Shown here one piece after another: positions 39,891-49,282 of a stretch of DNA of 64,000 bases. The stretch's first letter is position 1. Every line of letters begins with the position of its first letter. Source of the DNA: an uncultured Mycobacterium sp. (GTDB lineage Bacteria > Actinomycetota > Actinomycetes > Mycobacteriales > Mycobacteriaceae). The notes under the pieces are model-generated. The model was not told the DNA's origin and searched no databases. It worked only from the letters and a program-made list of their open reading frames with translations. The stretch covers positions 4,765 through 68,764 of the forward strand of contig CAZTAA010000012.1 of assembly GCA_964611465.1 (NCBI GenBank). The letters are read 5' to 3'. The position numbers and the translations under genes are program-made.

Positions 39891-40670
39891 GTGCAGAGGA
39901 TCCGTCCGCCGAGGGTGGCCGAACTGGTCGCCTCCCGCCTGCGTGACGACATCCTCTCCGGCCGGCTCAAGGAAGGCGACGTGCTGCCGACCCAGGAGAG
40001 CCTGTTCACCGAGTTCGGTGTCAGCCCCCCGGCGCTGCGCGAGGCCATCCATCTCCTCGAGACTGACGGCCTGATCTCGGTCCGCCGCGGCAACGTCGGC
40101 GGCGCCGTCGTGCACCAGCCGTCGGCGCAGCGCACCGCTCACATGATCAGCATGGTGCTGCAGTCCCGCTCGGCCACGCCGGCCGACGTCAGCGGGGCCC
40201 TGATGCACCTGGAACCGATCTGCGCGGCGATGTGCGCCGGCCGCGCCGATCGGGACACCGAGGTGATTCCCCACCTACGGGCCGCGATCGACGCCCAGGC
40301 CGCGGCTTTCGAGGACGTCGCGCAGTTCGTCCCCAACGCCCGCCGGTTCCACGAGGCGCTGGTGTCGCGGTGCGGCAACGAGCCGATGATCCTGGTGATC
40401 GGTGCGCTGGAGTTGATCTGGTCGGCACACGAGTCGGCGGTGTGGAGCGATGCCGAACTCACGCCGGGCGCGACGAGCCGGCAGGCCACCCGGCGCGCCG
40501 CGCTGCGGGACCACCAGCGGTTGCTCGACGCCATTCGGGACGGCAACGCCGAACGGGCCGAGCGGATCGCCCGCGAGCATCTCACCGCAGACCGCGGGCA
40601 GACGCTCGCCCTGGGTGCGGGGAGAACCATTGAGGCCAACAAGATCTCGACGCAGAGGAGCACACAGTGA
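39891..40670 (+). CDS. GntR/FadR family regulator
   Basis: LPTQESLFTEFGVSPPALREA; FHEAL, DHQR. Confidence 0.9.
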   Translation: MQRIRPPRVAELVASRLRDDILSGRLKEGDVLPTQESLFTEFGVSPPALREAIHLLETDGLISVRRGNVGGAVVHQPSAQRTAHMISMVLQSRSATPADVSGALMHLEPICAAMCAGRADRDTEVIPHLRAAIDAQAAAFEDVAQFVPNARRFHEALVSRCGNEPMILVIGALELIWSAHESAVWSDAELTPGATSRQATRRAALRDHQRLLDAIRDGNAERAERIAREHLTADRGQTLALGAGRTIEANKISTQRSTQ

Positions 40671-41572
40671 CGCAGATCGATTCCCGTGACGACCGGGTGC
40701 GCTTCGACGTCGACTACGACTCGAGGATCGCCACGATCACGCTGGACAACCCGAAGCAGCGCAACTCCTATGACGCCGCCATGCGCGAGGCGGTCGGCCG
40801 CTGTCTGGACATGGTGGCCGAGGACGACGATCTGACCGTCGTCCTGCTGCGCGGCGCCGAGGGCGTGTTCTCCACCGGCGCCGACATGAACAACGCGTAC
40901 GGCTGGTACGGCGAGCGGGCCGACGGAACCAAGCGCGAAGAAGAGTCGGCAAAGAAGCGGCCCAGTCAACGGCGACGACTCACGGTGGACCGCAAGTCAT
41001 TCGGCTTCTACCACAACCTGATGGGATTCCCGAAGATCACCGTCGGCGAGATCGGCGGCTATGCGCTGGGCGGCGGTTTCGAGATGGCGCTGATGATGGA
41101 CATCTCGGTGATCGCCCGCGACACCCGCATCGGCATGCCGGCCACCCGGTTCCTCGGGCCGGCACTGGGCAGCCTGCACATGTTCTTCCACCGACTGGGT
41201 CCGGTATTGGCACGGCGGATGCTGCTCACCGGGGACATCATCGAAGCCGCTGAGATCGAGCACCTCGGCATCTTCACCGAAACCTGTGCACCCGAAGCGG
41301 TTTCAGCGCGGGCCGAGTACTGGGCGCAGAAGGCGGCGAAGATGCCGGCCGACGGCGTGGTGATCGCCAAGGAGGCGTTTCGCCTCGTCGAGCAGAGCCA
41401 GGCCTACCAGGGCGAAGAGGTGTGCAGCTACCTCTTCCACGCGTACGGAACGAACCTGCAGTTCGCCCCCGGGGAATTCAACTTCGTCAAGACGCGGGCA
41501 CAGGTCGGCACCAAGGAGGCGTTCCGGTTGCGCGACGAGCACTTCCACGTGCCCGAGCCTGAGGTTCCCTAA
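40667..41572 (+). CDS. Crotonase family protein
   Basis: LDNPKQRN, FSTGAD, ALGGGFE. Confidence 0.85.
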   Translation: MTQIDSRDDRVRFDVDYDSRIATITLDNPKQRNSYDAAMREAVGRCLDMVAEDDDLTVVLLRGAEGVFSTGADMNNAYGWYGERADGTKREEESAKKRPSQRRRLTVDRKSFGFYHNLMGFPKITVGEIGGYALGGGFEMALMMDISVIARDTRIGMPATRFLGPALGSLHMFFHRLGPVLARRMLLTGDIIEAAEIEHLGIFTETCAPEAVSARAEYWAQKAAKMPADGVVIAKEAFRLVEQSQAYQGEEVCSYLFHAYGTNLQFAPGEFNFVKTRAQVGTKEAFRLRDEHFHVPEPEVP

Positions 41573-42297
41573 CCCTTGCGGGACTTGCCGGCCTTCTTGC
41601 CCTCGGCGATCTGGCGCTCGACGTTGTCCAGGATGCACGTCAGCCCGTATTCGAAGTTGGTGTCGTCGGCGGCGCCGATCCGGTGACCCTCGCGGCTCAC
41701 CTGCGCCAGCAGCGGGGCAGCCTCGGCGTCGTAGACCATCGTCTCCTCGAAGTCGCCCGGACCGTTGTTGGCGGCCCGGTTCTTCTCGTAGAGACGTTGC
41801 AACACAACCGAACCGCGGACGTGCAGGGACACCGCCGAGTAGGCGTCGAACGCCTGCTCCGCGGTCAGCCCGGCCTGGACCAGGTTCTCCACGGCCAGTT
41901 CGACCTCCTGCACGCCGAGTTGGGCGGCCCGCGGCGACAGCGCCGATCGGATGAGGACCAGATCGGACAGGATCGGATTGCTCAGGAACGACTTGCGCAT
42001 GTCCCGGGCGTGGTTGCCCAGCGTCCTGCGCCAGTCGGCGGCATCCACATACGGTGTGGCGACCGCGAATTCGCGCAACGCGCGGTCGGTCATCGCGTTG
42101 AGCAGATCGTTCTTCTTGCGGAAGTACCAGTAGATGCTGGTGACCCCGACGCCGAGATGCTTGCCCAGCAACGGCATGCTCAGGTTGTCGATCCCGACTT
42201 GCTCGGCGAGGTCGAAAGCGCCCTCGATGATGTCGTTGGGATTGATCGAGCCGCGCTCGCGGCGTTGCCGCTTGGGCGCGGTCGCCTGCTTTGCCAC
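41569..42297 (-). CDS. TetR family regulator (TetR_C type)
   Basis: LSMPLLGKHLGVGVTSIYWYFRKK. Confidence 0.9.
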   Translation of the reverse strand: MAKQATAPKRQRRERGSINPNDIIEGAFDLAEQVGIDNLSMPLLGKHLGVGVTSIYWYFRKKNDLLNAMTDRALREFAVATPYVDAADWRRTLGNHARDMRKSFLSNPILSDLVLIRSALSPRAAQLGVQEVELAVENLVQAGLTAEQAFDAYSAVSLHVRGSVVLQRLYEKNRAANNGPGDFEETMVYDAEAAPLLAQVSREGHRIGAADDTNFEYGLTCILDNVERQIAEGKKAGKSRKG

Positions 42298-42520
42298 TGC
42301 ACTACCTCCAATAAATCCCCGAGCACGCCGAAGCCGTCAACCTTACCGGCAGCCATCCGGTTCGCGACTCCGCGCGCACGCGGCTGAGATCAGGAACACA
42401 GCGGCCCAGCCAGCACGGAGACGCCCCGAAGGGCGATACCGAAACACCTATCGTAATCGTTTCGGGTAGGGTACGGGGGTATTTCGTTTCGCCGCGCCGA
42501 TGCGAAGGGGTCGATACCGG

Positions 42521-42583
42521 ATGGATCTCGGACTCGCGGGCGCGAAGGCCGTCGTGGTCGGCGGCAGCGATGACTTCACCTGA
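42521..42583 (+). pseudogene. 20-codon scar of an internally deleted SDR gene
   Basis: GAAGGGG SD, then MDLGLAGAKAVVVGGS (SDR N-terminus) joined to DDFT* (SDR-like C-terminus). Confidence 0.65.
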
Positions 42584-42592
42584 GAGGGCGCG

Positions 42593-43602
42593 ATGGCAAC
42601 CGCTTCCGAAGCCCGGGATTGGGCCCGCACCGCGTTGCGCGGCATCGGCGACTCGCTGTACACCCCGTTTTCGGGTCCCGACGGTGACGACGTCGACTGG
42701 GACGCCTACCGCACCCTGGTGCGGCACTGCGTGGCCGGGCTGGGACACGAAATGCTCTGGTGCACAAGCGGCGTCGGCGAGTTCTGGGCCCTCACCATCG
42801 ACGAACGCAAACGCCTGCTGGAGGTGGCCGTCGAGGAGGGCCGCGCCGCCAACCCGGATCTGGTGGTGCAGGCGTGCACTGCGGCCACTCGGCCAAGGAC
42901 TGCCTGGAGCTGACCCGGCACGCCCAGCAGGCCGGCGCCGACATCGTCTACATCCAGACTCCGATGATGGAAACCCATAGTGGGGAAGGGGTTCTGCGTT
43001 TCTTCCGTTACGTCGCCGACCGCACCGACATCGCGCTGGGCATGTTCAACTCCCCGTCGTCGGGTTACGTCCTGACCGCGGCCGAGAGCGGCCGCATCTA
43101 CGACGAGATCCCCGCCGTCTGCGCCACCAAGGAGGGCGCCTTCCGGCCGCAGAACAGCCGCCGGCTGCACGAGCTCGCGCCCGGTCTGGTGATCTGGGAA
43201 TGCGACCTGACCGTCTACCGCGCGGGCTGGCTGCGGGCCGGCATCGTGTGTCCGGCGCAGCTGGGCACCGTCGGCTATCTGCACGAGACACCGCAGCGCA
43301 AGGTTCTGACGCCGTACTGGGAGCTGATCTACGACGACAGACTGCTCGAGGCGATGGACTACGCGCGGGATGTCGGGATGGATCAGTTCGACCTCGACAT
43401 GGCCGGCGCGTTCGTCTGCTATCCCGGACGGCCGGACTACTTCACGCACTGGGGCGGGGCCTTCAAACACGCGGCCGCGGTACTGGGTTTGCCGGTCGGG
43501 GACCATCCGGATTCGCGGGCGCCGCAGGCGATCCTGCCGGACGCGGTGAAAGGGCAGATCGAATCCGCCTACCGGCGCCTCGGGTTGGTGGAAACAGCCT
43601 AA
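42593..43602 (+). pseudogene. DapA/DHDPS-family aldolase with a 1-nt frameshift near 42888
   Basis: Frame 1 (LWCTSGVGEF...QACTAAT) continues in another frame (SAKDCLEL...MFNSPSSG...ATKEG). Confidence 0.8.
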
Positions 43603-43697
43603 CCAGAAGCGGTTTCGGACCGGTCGGGCGCAGCTTGCAGAATGCGCTACCGATAGGTATACAGTATGAGTAATCAACACCGGGAGGATCAGCCGCG

Positions 43698-44537
43698 ATG
43701 AGCGTTGCCGAGGACGTGCGGCCCGCGCCGCTGCTCTACGAGGTTCGGGAATCCGGCGTCGCGATCCTGACGTTCAACCGCCCGGAGCGGATGAACTCCT
43801 GGGGCGGGCCCATGGTCGCCGAGTTCTACCGGCACATCGACATCGCCGAAGCCGATCCGCACGTCCGCGTCATCGTCATCACCGGATCCGGTCGCGCCTT
43901 CTGCGCCGGCGCCGACATGGGCGGTCTGGACGCCATCTCCGAGGTGACCGTCGACTCGGCCAGCAAGACCGACGTCAGCACCATGGTCGCCGCCCGGCAT
44001 CCATACTTCCTGACCCAGCTGACCAAGCCCGTCATCGCCGCGATCAACGGCGCGGTCGCCGGCATGGGCCTGTCGCAGGCATTGATGGCCGACATCCGGT
44101 TCGCCGCCGCCGGCGCAAAGTTCACCACCTCGTTCGCCCGCCGCGGACTGGTCGCCGAGTACGGCATCTCCTGGATTCTGCCCCGGCTGGTGGGCTGGGC
44201 CACGGCCACCGAACTGCTGCTGTCCGGACGAACCTTTCTGGCCGAGGAGGCCGCCGAGCTCGGCCTGGTCAAGGAAGCGGTCCCGCGCGACGAGTTGATG
44301 GACCGGGTGCTCGCCTACGCCGACGACATGGCGATCAACTGCGCGCCCAGTTCGATGGCGATCATGAAGCGGCAGCTGTACGCCGACGCCGGGATGGCCA
44401 TCGTCGAAACCAGCGAAAAAGCCGAGAAACTCATGCACGATTCGATGCAACGCACCGACTTCATCGAGGGCATCACGGCCTTCTTCGAGAAGCGCCCGCC
44501 GAACTTCCCGCCCATGCCGGGCGCACTGCAGGACTGA
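43698..44537 (+). CDS. Crotonase family protein
   Basis: FNRPERMN, AFCAGAD, INGAVAGMG, AEYG. Confidence 0.88.
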   Translation: MSVAEDVRPAPLLYEVRESGVAILTFNRPERMNSWGGPMVAEFYRHIDIAEADPHVRVIVITGSGRAFCAGADMGGLDAISEVTVDSASKTDVSTMVAARHPYFLTQLTKPVIAAINGAVAGMGLSQALMADIRFAAAGAKFTTSFARRGLVAEYGISWILPRLVGWATATELLLSGRTFLAEEAAELGLVKEAVPRDELMDRVLAYADDMAINCAPSSMAIMKRQLYADAGMAIVETSEKAEKLMHDSMQRTDFIEGITAFFEKRPPNFPPMPGALQD

Positions 44538-44556
44538 CCCGAAAGGATTCTCAGCG

Positions 44557-45780
44557 ATGACCACTCTGGAGAAACCAACGCCGGCGAAGCTGGACTACGA
44601 GGCGATCGACGTCGACAACCACTACTACGAGACCACCGACGCGTTCACCCGGCACCTGCCCAAGGAATTCCGCAGCCGCGGTGTGCAGATGGTGCAGGAC
44701 GGCAAGCGGACGCTGGCGGTGTTCGGCGGCGTCGTCAACCACTTCATTCCCAACCCGACGTTCGACCCCATCATCGAGCCGGGCTGTCTGGACCTGCTGT
44801 TCCGCGGCGAGATTCCCGAGGGCGTAAACCCGGCCTCGCTGATGAAGGTGGACCGGCTCGCCGACCATCCCGAGTATCAGAACCGCGACGCCCGGGTGAA
44901 GATCCTCGACAAGCAGAACCTGCAATCGGTGTTCATGCTGCCCACCTTCGCCTGCGGCGTCGAGGAGGGCCTCAAGCACGACATCCCCGCCACCATGGCG
45001 TCGCTGCACGCGTTCAACCAATGGCTGGACGAGGACTGGGGTTTCGACCGGCCCGACCACCGCATCTACAGCGCGCCGATCATCTCGCTGGCCGACCCGG
45101 AGCAGGCGGTGCAGGAGGTCGACTACGTCCTGGGCAAGGACGCGAAGATGGTCTGCGTGCGGCCCGCGCCGGTGCCCGGTGTGGTCAAGCCGCGGTCATT
45201 GGGCGACCCGCTGCACGACCCGGTGTGGGCGCGGCTGGCCGAGGCCGGCATCCCGGTCGTCTTCCATCTGTCGGACTCCGGCTACATGGCGATCCCGGCG
45301 CTGTGGGGCGGCAGCGGTGTGTTCCAGGGATTCGGCAAGCGCGATCCGCTCGACATGGTGATCATGGACGACCGTGCCATCCACGACACCCTGGCCTCGA
45401 TGATCGTGCACCAGGTGTTCACCCGGCATCCCAAGCTCAAGGTGGTGAGCATCGAGAACGGCTCGTACTTCATCTACCGATTGATCAAGCGGCTCAAGAA
45501 GTCTGCCAACAACGCGCCCTACCACTACAAGGAAGATCCGGTGGAGCAGCTGAAGAACAACGTCTGGATCGCGCCGTACTACGAGGACGACGTCAAGCTG
45601 CTCGCCGAGACGATCGGGGTGGACAAGATCCTGTTCGGCTCCGACTGGCCGCACGGCGAAGGGCTGGCCGACCCGACCTCGTTCACCGCCGACATTCCGC
45701 AGTTCCCCGAGTTCAGCTACCAGGACACCCGAATGGTGATGCGCGACAACGCACTCACGCTGCTGGGCTTAGATGGCTGA
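44557..45780 (+). CDS. Amidohydrolase_2 family protein
   Basis: IDVDNHYYE, VVFH, ENG, FGSDWPH. Confidence 0.88.
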   Translation: MTTLEKPTPAKLDYEAIDVDNHYYETTDAFTRHLPKEFRSRGVQMVQDGKRTLAVFGGVVNHFIPNPTFDPIIEPGCLDLLFRGEIPEGVNPASLMKVDRLADHPEYQNRDARVKILDKQNLQSVFMLPTFACGVEEGLKHDIPATMASLHAFNQWLDEDWGFDRPDHRIYSAPIISLADPEQAVQEVDYVLGKDAKMVCVRPAPVPGVVKPRSLGDPLHDPVWARLAEAGIPVVFHLSDSGYMAIPALWGGSGVFQGFGKRDPLDMVIMDDRAIHDTLASMIVHQVFTRHPKLKVVSIENGSYFIYRLIKRLKKSANNAPYHYKEDPVEQLKNNVWIAPYYEDDVKLLAETIGVDKILFGSDWPHGEGLADPTSFTADIPQFPEFSYQDTRMVMRDNALTLLGLDG

Positions 45781-47392
45781 GTGGACCCTGGGTGCCGTAC
45801 TCGACGCCATCGCGGAGGCGGTGCCGGATCGGGTGATGACGGTCTCGGGGGACCGGCGCAGCACCTACGCGGAGACCGCTGACCGGACCCGACGGCTGGC
45901 GAACTTCCTGGCGCACAGAGGGTTCGGCGCGCACAAAGACCGTACTGAACTGCAGAACTGGGAGTGCGGACAGGACGTAGTCGCGCTGATCATGCACAAC
46001 GACCTCTACCCGGACATGGTCCTGGCGTGCCTGAAGGCCCGGGTGGTGCCGGTGAACGTCAACTATCACTACACCCCGCGCGAGGTCGGTGAACTGCTGG
46101 CGTACCTCGGTCCACGGGGCGTCATCTACCACCGGGCGCTGGGCGCGAAGTTCGCCGACGTGCTGCCCGGTGGTGCCGAATTGTTGATCTCGATCGACGA
46201 CGGCAGCGACCTTCCAGAGCTGCCCGGCGCGGTCAGCCTCGACGACGCCCTGGCCGCCGGAGACGAGGACGCGGACATCCAGGCGTCCCCGGACGATCTG
46301 TTGATGGTTTGCACCGGGGGCACCACCGGCCGGCCGAAGGGTGTGATGTGGCGCCAGGGTGACATCTACGTGTCGTCGATGAACGGCGCCGACCATGGCA
46401 AGGTCACGGAGATCCACGACAAGGTGATCAACCACGGGCCGCCCTGGTTCGCGGTGTCGCCCCTGATGCACGCCGCCGGGATGTGGACGGCCTTCTCGGC
46501 GGTACTCAACGGGCAAACCGTTGTGCTGCAGGACACTTCGCGCAAGTTCGACCCCGCCCACGTGCTGCGGACCGCCGAGCGGGAGAAGGTCGGTCTGATG
46601 ACGATGGTGGGCGACGCCTACGCCGGACCGATCGTCGAGGAACTGGGCCGGCGGTCCTACGACCTCTCGTCGCTGTTCGCCATCGGCACCGGCGGCGCGG
46701 GCACCAGCCTGAAGAACCAGCAGGGCCTGCTCGAGCACCTGCCGAACATCACGGTGATCAACGGGTACGGCTCGTCGGAGACCGGCAACATGGGCTTCGG
46801 GCACAACCAGCGCGGCAGCCACACCGACACGTTCACCTTCCGCGAGGGCGGCATGGTGCTGGCCGAGGACTACTCCCGGTTCCTGCAGCCCGGCGAGGCC
46901 GAGGTCGGCTGGTCGGCGCGCACGGGACGAATTCCGTTGGGCTACTTCAACGACCGCGACGCCACCATAAAGACCTTCCCGGAAGTGGACGGCATCCGCG
47001 TGGTGATCTCCGGCGACCGGGCCGCCCTCGAGCCGGACGGCACGCTGCGACTGTTCGGCCGAGACTCCCTGGTGGTCAACACCGGCGGCGAGAAGGTGTT
47101 CGTCGAGGAGGTCGAGGAGGTGCTGCGCAGTCACCCGGATGTGGCCGACGCCCTGGTGGTCGGCCGGGAGAGCTCGCGCTGGGGCCAGGAGGTCGTGGCC
47201 GTCGTCGCGCCGCGTGCGGGTGCCCATGTCGAGTCCGATGCGCTCTATGACTGGTGCGCCGCGCACATGGCGAAGTTCAAGGTGCCCAAGGAGTTTCTGA
47301 TCGTCGACAAGGTGCGGCGCCTCGGCAACGGCAAGGCCGACTACCGGTGGGCCAGGGAGATTGCCGCCCAAGAACTCTCGGCCAAGGAGTGA
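45773..47392 (+). CDS. Acyl-CoA synthetase
   Basis: CTGGTTGRPKG, YGSSE, SGD, GNGKAD. Confidence 0.9.
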   Translation: MAEWTLGAVLDAIAEAVPDRVMTVSGDRRSTYAETADRTRRLANFLAHRGFGAHKDRTELQNWECGQDVVALIMHNDLYPDMVLACLKARVVPVNVNYHYTPREVGELLAYLGPRGVIYHRALGAKFADVLPGGAELLISIDDGSDLPELPGAVSLDDALAAGDEDADIQASPDDLLMVCTGGTTGRPKGVMWRQGDIYVSSMNGADHGKVTEIHDKVINHGPPWFAVSPLMHAAGMWTAFSAVLNGQTVVLQDTSRKFDPAHVLRTAEREKVGLMTMVGDAYAGPIVEELGRRSYDLSSLFAIGTGGAGTSLKNQQGLLEHLPNITVINGYGSSETGNMGFGHNQRGSHTDTFTFREGGMVLAEDYSRFLQPGEAEVGWSARTGRIPLGYFNDRDATIKTFPEVDGIRVVISGDRAALEPDGTLRLFGRDSLVVNTGGEKVFVEEVEEVLRSHPDVADALVVGRESSRWGQEVVAVVAPRAGAHVESDALYDWCAAHMAKFKVPKEFLIVDKVRRLGNGKADYRWAREIAAQELSAKE

Positions 47393-47393
47393 G

Positions 47394-48224
47394 ATGACGC
47401 AACGTGTGATCGATTGTCTGGTGAACGTGCACTTCGGCGAGACCGAAGTGCAGCCGCAGTTCATGACGAAGGTCCGCGACGACTACTTCAAGGGCCCGAA
47501 GTCGATGTTCGACCCGGTGGACATGGGCGAGTTGATCGACGAGATGGACGAGCACGGCGTCGAGAAGGCCGTGCTGATGGACAACCTGACCAAGCCGTCG
47601 GTGACTGCCCGCAAGTTCGTCGAGGCGCGTCCGGATCGGTTCGCGCTGGCGATGGGCGGGATCAACCTGCTCAAGCCGATGCCGTCGCTGCGCGAGCTGA
47701 CCGCCGTGGCCGCCGACCTGCCGGTGGTGTATACCGTTGTGGGCCCGAGCTTCTGGGGCGACGGACAGTATCCGCCGAGCGACGCCGTGTACTATCCGCT
47801 GTACACCAAGTGCGCCGAGATCGGTCTGCCGCTGTGCGTCAACACCGGTCTGCCCGGGCCGCCCATCCCCGGCGAGGTCCAGAATCCCATCCACCTCGAC
47901 CGGGTGTGCGTACGGTTCCCGGAACTGAAGCTGTGCATGATCCACGGCGCGGATCCGTGGTGGGACATCGCGATCCGGATGCTTATCAAGTACCAGAACC
48001 TGCGCCTGATGACCTCGGCGTGGTCGCCCAAGCGGCTGCCGGAGTCCCTGCTGCACTTCATGCGCACGCGAGGCCAGAACAAGGTGATCTTCGCCTCCGA
48101 CTGGCCGGTGCTGCGCCAGCACCGCGTCGTTCCCGAGGCCACCGCACTCGAGCTGCCGGCCGAGGTGCTCGACAACTACCTGTACGACAACGCCCACAAG
48201 TTCTTCTTCAACCGGGAGCAGTGA
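47394..48224 (+). CDS. Amidohydrolase_2 family protein
   Basis: MIHGADPW, IFASDWP; atypical N-terminal metal motif IDCLVNVH. Confidence 0.85.
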   Translation: MTQRVIDCLVNVHFGETEVQPQFMTKVRDDYFKGPKSMFDPVDMGELIDEMDEHGVEKAVLMDNLTKPSVTARKFVEARPDRFALAMGGINLLKPMPSLRELTAVAADLPVVYTVVGPSFWGDGQYPPSDAVYYPLYTKCAEIGLPLCVNTGLPGPPIPGEVQNPIHLDRVCVRFPELKLCMIHGADPWWDIAIRMLIKYQNLRLMTSAWSPKRLPESLLHFMRTRGQNKVIFASDWPVLRQHRVVPEATALELPAEVLDNYLYDNAHKFFFNREQ

Positions 48225-48227
48225 CGC

Positions 48228-49271
48228 ATGGACCGCTACGAACTACGGCGGCTGGACTACAGCCTCACCGAGGACCACAAGGATCTGCAGGCGGCCTATC
48301 GCCAGCTGTTCGACAGCCACTGCTCGATCGAGACGGTCTGGGCCGCCGAGGAAACCGGCTATGACAAGAGTCTGTGGGAGCGGCTGTGCGCCATGGGCGC
48401 CACCACGATGGCCATCGGCGAGGAAGCCGGCGGTGACGGAGCCACTCTGGTCGACCTGACCCTGGTGGCCGAGGAACTCGGCCGCGCGCTGGCACCGGTG
48501 CCGTGGATCGACCACGTCGTCGCGGTCCGGCTGTGGGAACGCCTCGGCGGGGTGGACCCCGAAGCGGTGGCGGGCACCCGTATCGTCGCACTGGATCCGC
48601 GCCTGGAGGTCAGCACCGGGCGGCGGCTGATCGGCTCGGGCGCGATCGCCGACCAGATCATCGTCCGCGACGGCGACGACATCGTGCTGCTTGGATTCGA
48701 CGCGCGGCCCGACCGGGTGACCAACCTGGCACGGTTGCCGATGGCGTGGGTCGACCCGGCCGCGGCCGACCGCCGCGTGGTCCTCGGCTCCGGTCCGGAT
48801 GTGGTCGCCGAATATGCTCGCGCCCTTGACGAATGGCGGGTGCTGACCGCCGCCGCGTTGGCCGGCCTGGTCGAGCAGACCATGACGATCGCCGCGGAGT
48901 TCGCCAAGACGCGCTACACCCTGGGTGTGCCGATCTCGACGCTGCAGGCGATCTCCCACCCGTTGGCCAACATGGCGATCGTGGTGCAGGGCGGCCGCAA
49001 CCTGTCCCGGCGGGCCGCCTGGTTCCTGGACAACGAACCCGACGAACGACCGGAACTGGCCGGCTGTGCGTTCGTGTTCATGGCCGAGGAAGCCGCCAAG
49101 GCCGCGACGATGGCGGTGCACATCCAGGGCGGCCTCGGCGTCTCGGCCGAGGCGGCCGCCACCGCCTATCTGATCCGGGCGCGCGGCTGGCCGCTGGCCG
49201 GCGGCGACCCGGGCATCACCGCCCGGCACGTCGCCGAGATCGTCGCAACCCGTGAAGCCGCTGCCGAGTAG
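48228..49271 (+). CDS. Short acyl-CoA dehydrogenase subunit (probable partner in a heteromeric ACAD)
   Basis: 347 aa; EELGRALAPVP, FAKTRYTLG..ISTLQAISH, VHIQGGLG. Confidence 0.82.
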   Translation: MDRYELRRLDYSLTEDHKDLQAAYRQLFDSHCSIETVWAAEETGYDKSLWERLCAMGATTMAIGEEAGGDGATLVDLTLVAEELGRALAPVPWIDHVVAVRLWERLGGVDPEAVAGTRIVALDPRLEVSTGRRLIGSGAIADQIIVRDGDDIVLLGFDARPDRVTNLARLPMAWVDPAAADRRVVLGSGPDVVAEYARALDEWRVLTAAALAGLVEQTMTIAAEFAKTRYTLGVPISTLQAISHPLANMAIVVQGGRNLSRRAAWFLDNEPDERPELAGCAFVFMAEEAAKAATMAVHIQGGLGVSAEAAATAYLIRARGWPLAGGDPGITARHVAEIVATREAAAE

Positions 49272-49282
49272 GACGAAACACC

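Noticed and set aside
42880-42900. Programmed ribosomal frameshift in the DapA-like gene
   Set aside because: No slippery sequence or evident stimulatory structure; a simple 1-nt deletion or sequencing error is more parsimonious
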